Source: Candidatus Saccharimonadales bacterium
GTDB taxonomy: Bacteria; Patescibacteriota; Saccharimonadia; Saccharimonadales; UBA4665
Assembly (NCBI GenBank): GCA_039809105.1
Contig: JBDHUJ010000001.1
Coordinates: forward strand, 1-59,375
DNA: 59,375 nt
Direction: 5' to 3'
Each line of letters begins with the position of its first letter. The first letter of the stretch is position 1. The notes beneath the pieces are model-generated. The model searched no databases. It was not told the origin of the DNA and saw only the letters and a program-made list of their open reading frames with translations. The position numbers and the translations under genes were made by a program. This document shows positions 57,158-59,375 of the stretch, one piece after another.

Positions 57158-58654
57158 ATGCGTATCTTACAACGAACCACGCAAATATTCTCCGGATTGC
57201 TGCTCGTCGCCGTTGCAAGCGTCGGTGTTTCGACGGTACATCCAAGTAAAGCGAGTGCCGCCTGTACGGCGTTACCGACCGACAAAGGTCAGGTAGTGAA
57301 CACTGTTTCTATACCAGCGGACGGCACGTACCGCGTATGGACCCGCCTGAAGACGGCAGACAGCACCAAGAACTCGGTCTACATGCAGGCCGACCAGACG
57401 TACTGTAGTTTGAACGTGGGCGGTGCTTCACTGACTGCCGATACGTGGACCTGGGTAGACTACACCGGTGGCTCCACGAGCACCAAAAACAACATGACCC
57501 TGACGGCTGGTAGCCACACTATAACGCTGGCCGGTAAGGACGATGGCGTTATGGTCGACCGTGTCATCTTTACGCAAGATACGTCCTGTACTCCTACCGG
57601 TACCGGCGACAACTGTGCTAACCCTCCAGACACGACCAACCCGACGGTTTCTATCAGTTCTCCGGCAAACAACGCAACTATCTCATCGACTACTACTGCT
57701 ACGGCTTCCGCAAGCGACGACGTAGGGGTAACGAAAGTCGAGTGGTATGTTGATGGTACCCTCAAGGCAACTAACACCAGCAGCCCATACACCTACTCGA
57801 TTGTCCCTGGCAGCTTTACGGTCGGTTCACATGTCCTGACGGCGAAAGCGTACGATGCGGCGGGCAACAATGCGACAAGCAGTGCGGTGAACTTCACCGT
57901 ACCAGATACGACACCGCCGACCATATCGGCAGTCGCGTCAAGCAGCATTACGCAGACTAGTGCGACCGTAACCTGGACCACGAATGAGGCAGCCGACTCG
58001 CAGGTCAAGTACGGTACGACCACCTCGTATGGTTCGACAACCACCCTCGACAGTACCAAGGTAACATCACACAGCGTCAGCCTGACGGGCTTGACCGCCA
58101 GCACGCTGTACCATTACCAGGTCATTTCCAAAGATGCTGCAGGTAACTCGACAACTTCGGCGGATGCCACCTTCACGACCTCAGCACCGGCAGGTGATAC
58201 GACGGCTCCGACTATCAGCATCACTGCTCCGGCAGCGGGTAACGTCAGTGGTACCGTAACCTTCTCGGCGACTGCCAGCGACAACGTCGGGGTTACGAGT
58301 GTCCAGTTCAAGTATGGATCTACGGTTATCGGTACCGTTCCGAGCGCACCGTATTCGGTTAGCTGGAACACCACTAGCCTTACGAACGGCTCGTACACCC
58401 TGACTGCGACCGCAAGTGACGCAGCCGGCAACACCAAGAGTGCTACGGTGAACGTTACCGTCAACAACTCAAGCTACATACCGGAAGACGTCAACCAGGA
58501 CGGTCACGTCACCATCCTCGACTTCAGCATCCTGGCTGCGAACTTCGGTAAGAGCGGCGGCGCAATAACCAACGCTCGGGCCGATGTGAACGGCGACGGC
58601 AGCGTCACCATCCTCGACTTCAGCCTCCTGGCTGCCAAGTTCGGCAAAGTCTAG
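57158..58654 (+). CDS. Secreted multidomain protein (CBM-like, 2 Ig-like, FN3) ending in a dockerin module
   Basis: Signal peptide. C-terminal DVNQDGHVTILDFSILAANFGK ... DVNGDGSVTILDFSLLAAKFGK is a duplicated Ca-binding dockerin repeat. Confidence 0.8.
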   Translation: MRILQRTTQIFSGLLLVAVASVGVSTVHPSKASAACTALPTDKGQVVNTVSIPADGTYRVWTRLKTADSTKNSVYMQADQTYCSLNVGGASLTADTWTWVDYTGGSTSTKNNMTLTAGSHTITLAGKDDGVMVDRVIFTQDTSCTPTGTGDNCANPPDTTNPTVSISSPANNATISSTTTATASASDDVGVTKVEWYVDGTLKATNTSSPYTYSIVPGSFTVGSHVLTAKAYDAAGNNATSSAVNFTVPDTTPPTISAVASSSITQTSATVTWTTNEAADSQVKYGTTTSYGSTTTLDSTKVTSHSVSLTGLTASTLYHYQVISKDAAGNSTTSADATFTTSAPAGDTTAPTISITAPAAGNVSGTVTFSATASDNVGVTSVQFKYGSTVIGTVPSAPYSVSWNTTSLTNGSYTLTATASDAAGNTKSATVNVTVNNSSYIPEDVNQDGHVTILDFSILAANFGKSGGAITNARADVNGDGSVTILDFSLLAAKFGKV

Positions 58655-58670
58655 CCGCTAGACTCTCCCA

Positions 58671-58702
58671 AAAGCCCCTAGGAACGTCCTAGGGGCTTTT
58701 TT
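58671..58702 (+). terminator. Rho-independent terminator
   Basis: AAAGCCCCTAGGA-acg-TCCTAGGGGCTTT followed by a T tract. Confidence 0.8.
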
Positions 58703-58717
58703 GGTACAATAGCACTC

Positions 58718-59053
58718 ATGGACCACAAAACAGTCGAAACCTACCTCCTGAGCTTTCCGAACGTATTCTTGGACTATCCGTTCGGCGAAGGAGTGGCAGT
58801 ATATAAGATTGGCGATGCCTCACAGGCTTCTGAAGGTAAAATGTTCGCGCTAGTAGCCGAAGACAAGGCACCCGTGAACCTGAGCCTGAAGTGCGACCCC
58901 GAACTCTCGAGCGTACTGCGCGAAAAGTACGAAACAGTCATGCCTGGCTATCATCTGAACAAGAAACACTGGAACACGCTTATTCTGACCGGCCAGTTGC
59001 CCTGGGAAGAGGTGCGGGCTTTAATACAGCATTCTTATACGCTTGTTGCGTAG
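58718..59053 (+). CDS. MmcQ/YjbR-family DNA-binding protein
   Basis: YPFGEGVAVYKI...LKCDPELSSVLREKYETVMPGYHLNKKHWNTLIL. Confidence 0.82.
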   Translation: MDHKTVETYLLSFPNVFLDYPFGEGVAVYKIGDASQASEGKMFALVAEDKAPVNLSLKCDPELSSVLREKYETVMPGYHLNKKHWNTLILTGQLPWEEVRALIQHSYTLVA

Positions 59054-59059
59054 GGGAAA

Positions 59060-59125
59060 AGAGCAGCCCGAGACTCGCCTAGGCGAGCCCGGCGCGATGA
59101 GAAAAACCGTAGGTTTGTCTTATTG
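59060..59125 (+). repeat. Short core copy related to the family A repeat
   Basis: AGAGCAGCCCGAGACTCGCCTAGGCGAGCCCGGCGCGATGAGAAAAACC... parallels 17751-17816. Confidence 0.85.
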
Positions 59126-59301
59126 GGCGAAGCCATCTCACCGGCCAGCTCCCATGGGAAGAAGTCCAGGCACTGATACGCCACAGCTACGACCTAGTCG
59201 CCGGCTGAAAACTTGGCACTCGGTCACACTTGGGTTTAATTAATCCCCAATTACATAACTAACCCCAATTCGACATAACCCCAAGCCGTTAGGCTGGCAG
59301 T

Positions 59302-59329
59302 AGCAACGGCTCCGCAAGGAGCCGTTGCT
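59302..59329. terminator. 12-bp hairpin with GCAA loop
   Basis: AGCAACGGCTCC-gcaa-GGAGCCGTTGCT. Probably terminates a minus-strand gene entering from the right edge (open frame ...PAATKETELTFYAY, stop at 59329-59331). Confidence 0.55.
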
Positions 59330-59375
59330 CAGTACGCGTAAAATGTAAGCTCGGTTTCTTTGGTTGCAGCTGGTA

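Overview
59.4-kb chromosomal window, roughly 55-60% GC. This figure comes from hand counts of sample lines only. The gene content fits a reduced-genome bacterium with a Gram-positive-type envelope, plausibly a Patescibacteria/Saccharibacteria-like episymbiont. That taxonomic call is inference only, since no search was possible. Core genes present: valS, argS, tsaD, murE, groES-groEL behind CIRCE operators, tatA-tatC, a sortase, PGI/PMI plus a cupin, an OmpR/HK pair, msrB, orn, and HIT, NUDIX, AlkD-like and RelBE genes. No rRNA genes and no CRISPR array are present. There are two tRNAs: Arg-GCG at 7450-7526 and Ser-CGA at 17822-17912. Six things stand out. (1) An integrated element of about 8.7 kb lies beside tRNA-Arg (about 7.5-16.2 kb). 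It carries a large serine recombinase, a TerS-like gene and small orphan ORFs. Its cargo operon holds two translationally coupled PEP-utilising (phosphohistidine swivel) proteins, only one of which has an ATP-grasp, plus a PhnP-type MBL phosphodiesterase. This is my best candidate for an undescribed system. (2) Intergenic DNA is saturated with several families of palindromic or structured repeats. These include a modular element of about 340 nt with covarying helices (3 copies plus 3 core-only copies) and MITE-like elements with inverted repeats and target-site duplications. Related palindromic sequence appears to sit in-frame inside argS and murE. (3) A gene with clearly foreign codon usage (28531-29406) sits behind a consensus promoter and a roughly 400-nt structured leader, bracketed by repeats. 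(4) A GtrB/GtrA/polytopic-membrane-protein::LmbE-deacetylase cluster suggests surface-glycan modification. (5) Surface modules include a cohesin-dockerin gene pair and a sortase with LANTG/LVNTG substrates. (6) There is a Fic gene flanked by perfect 22-bp inverted repeats, a tandem duplication carrying a tsaD fragment, and a recurrent leaderless-type promoter geometry. All domain calls come from motifs read by eye in the supplied translations and need HMM or BLAST confirmation.
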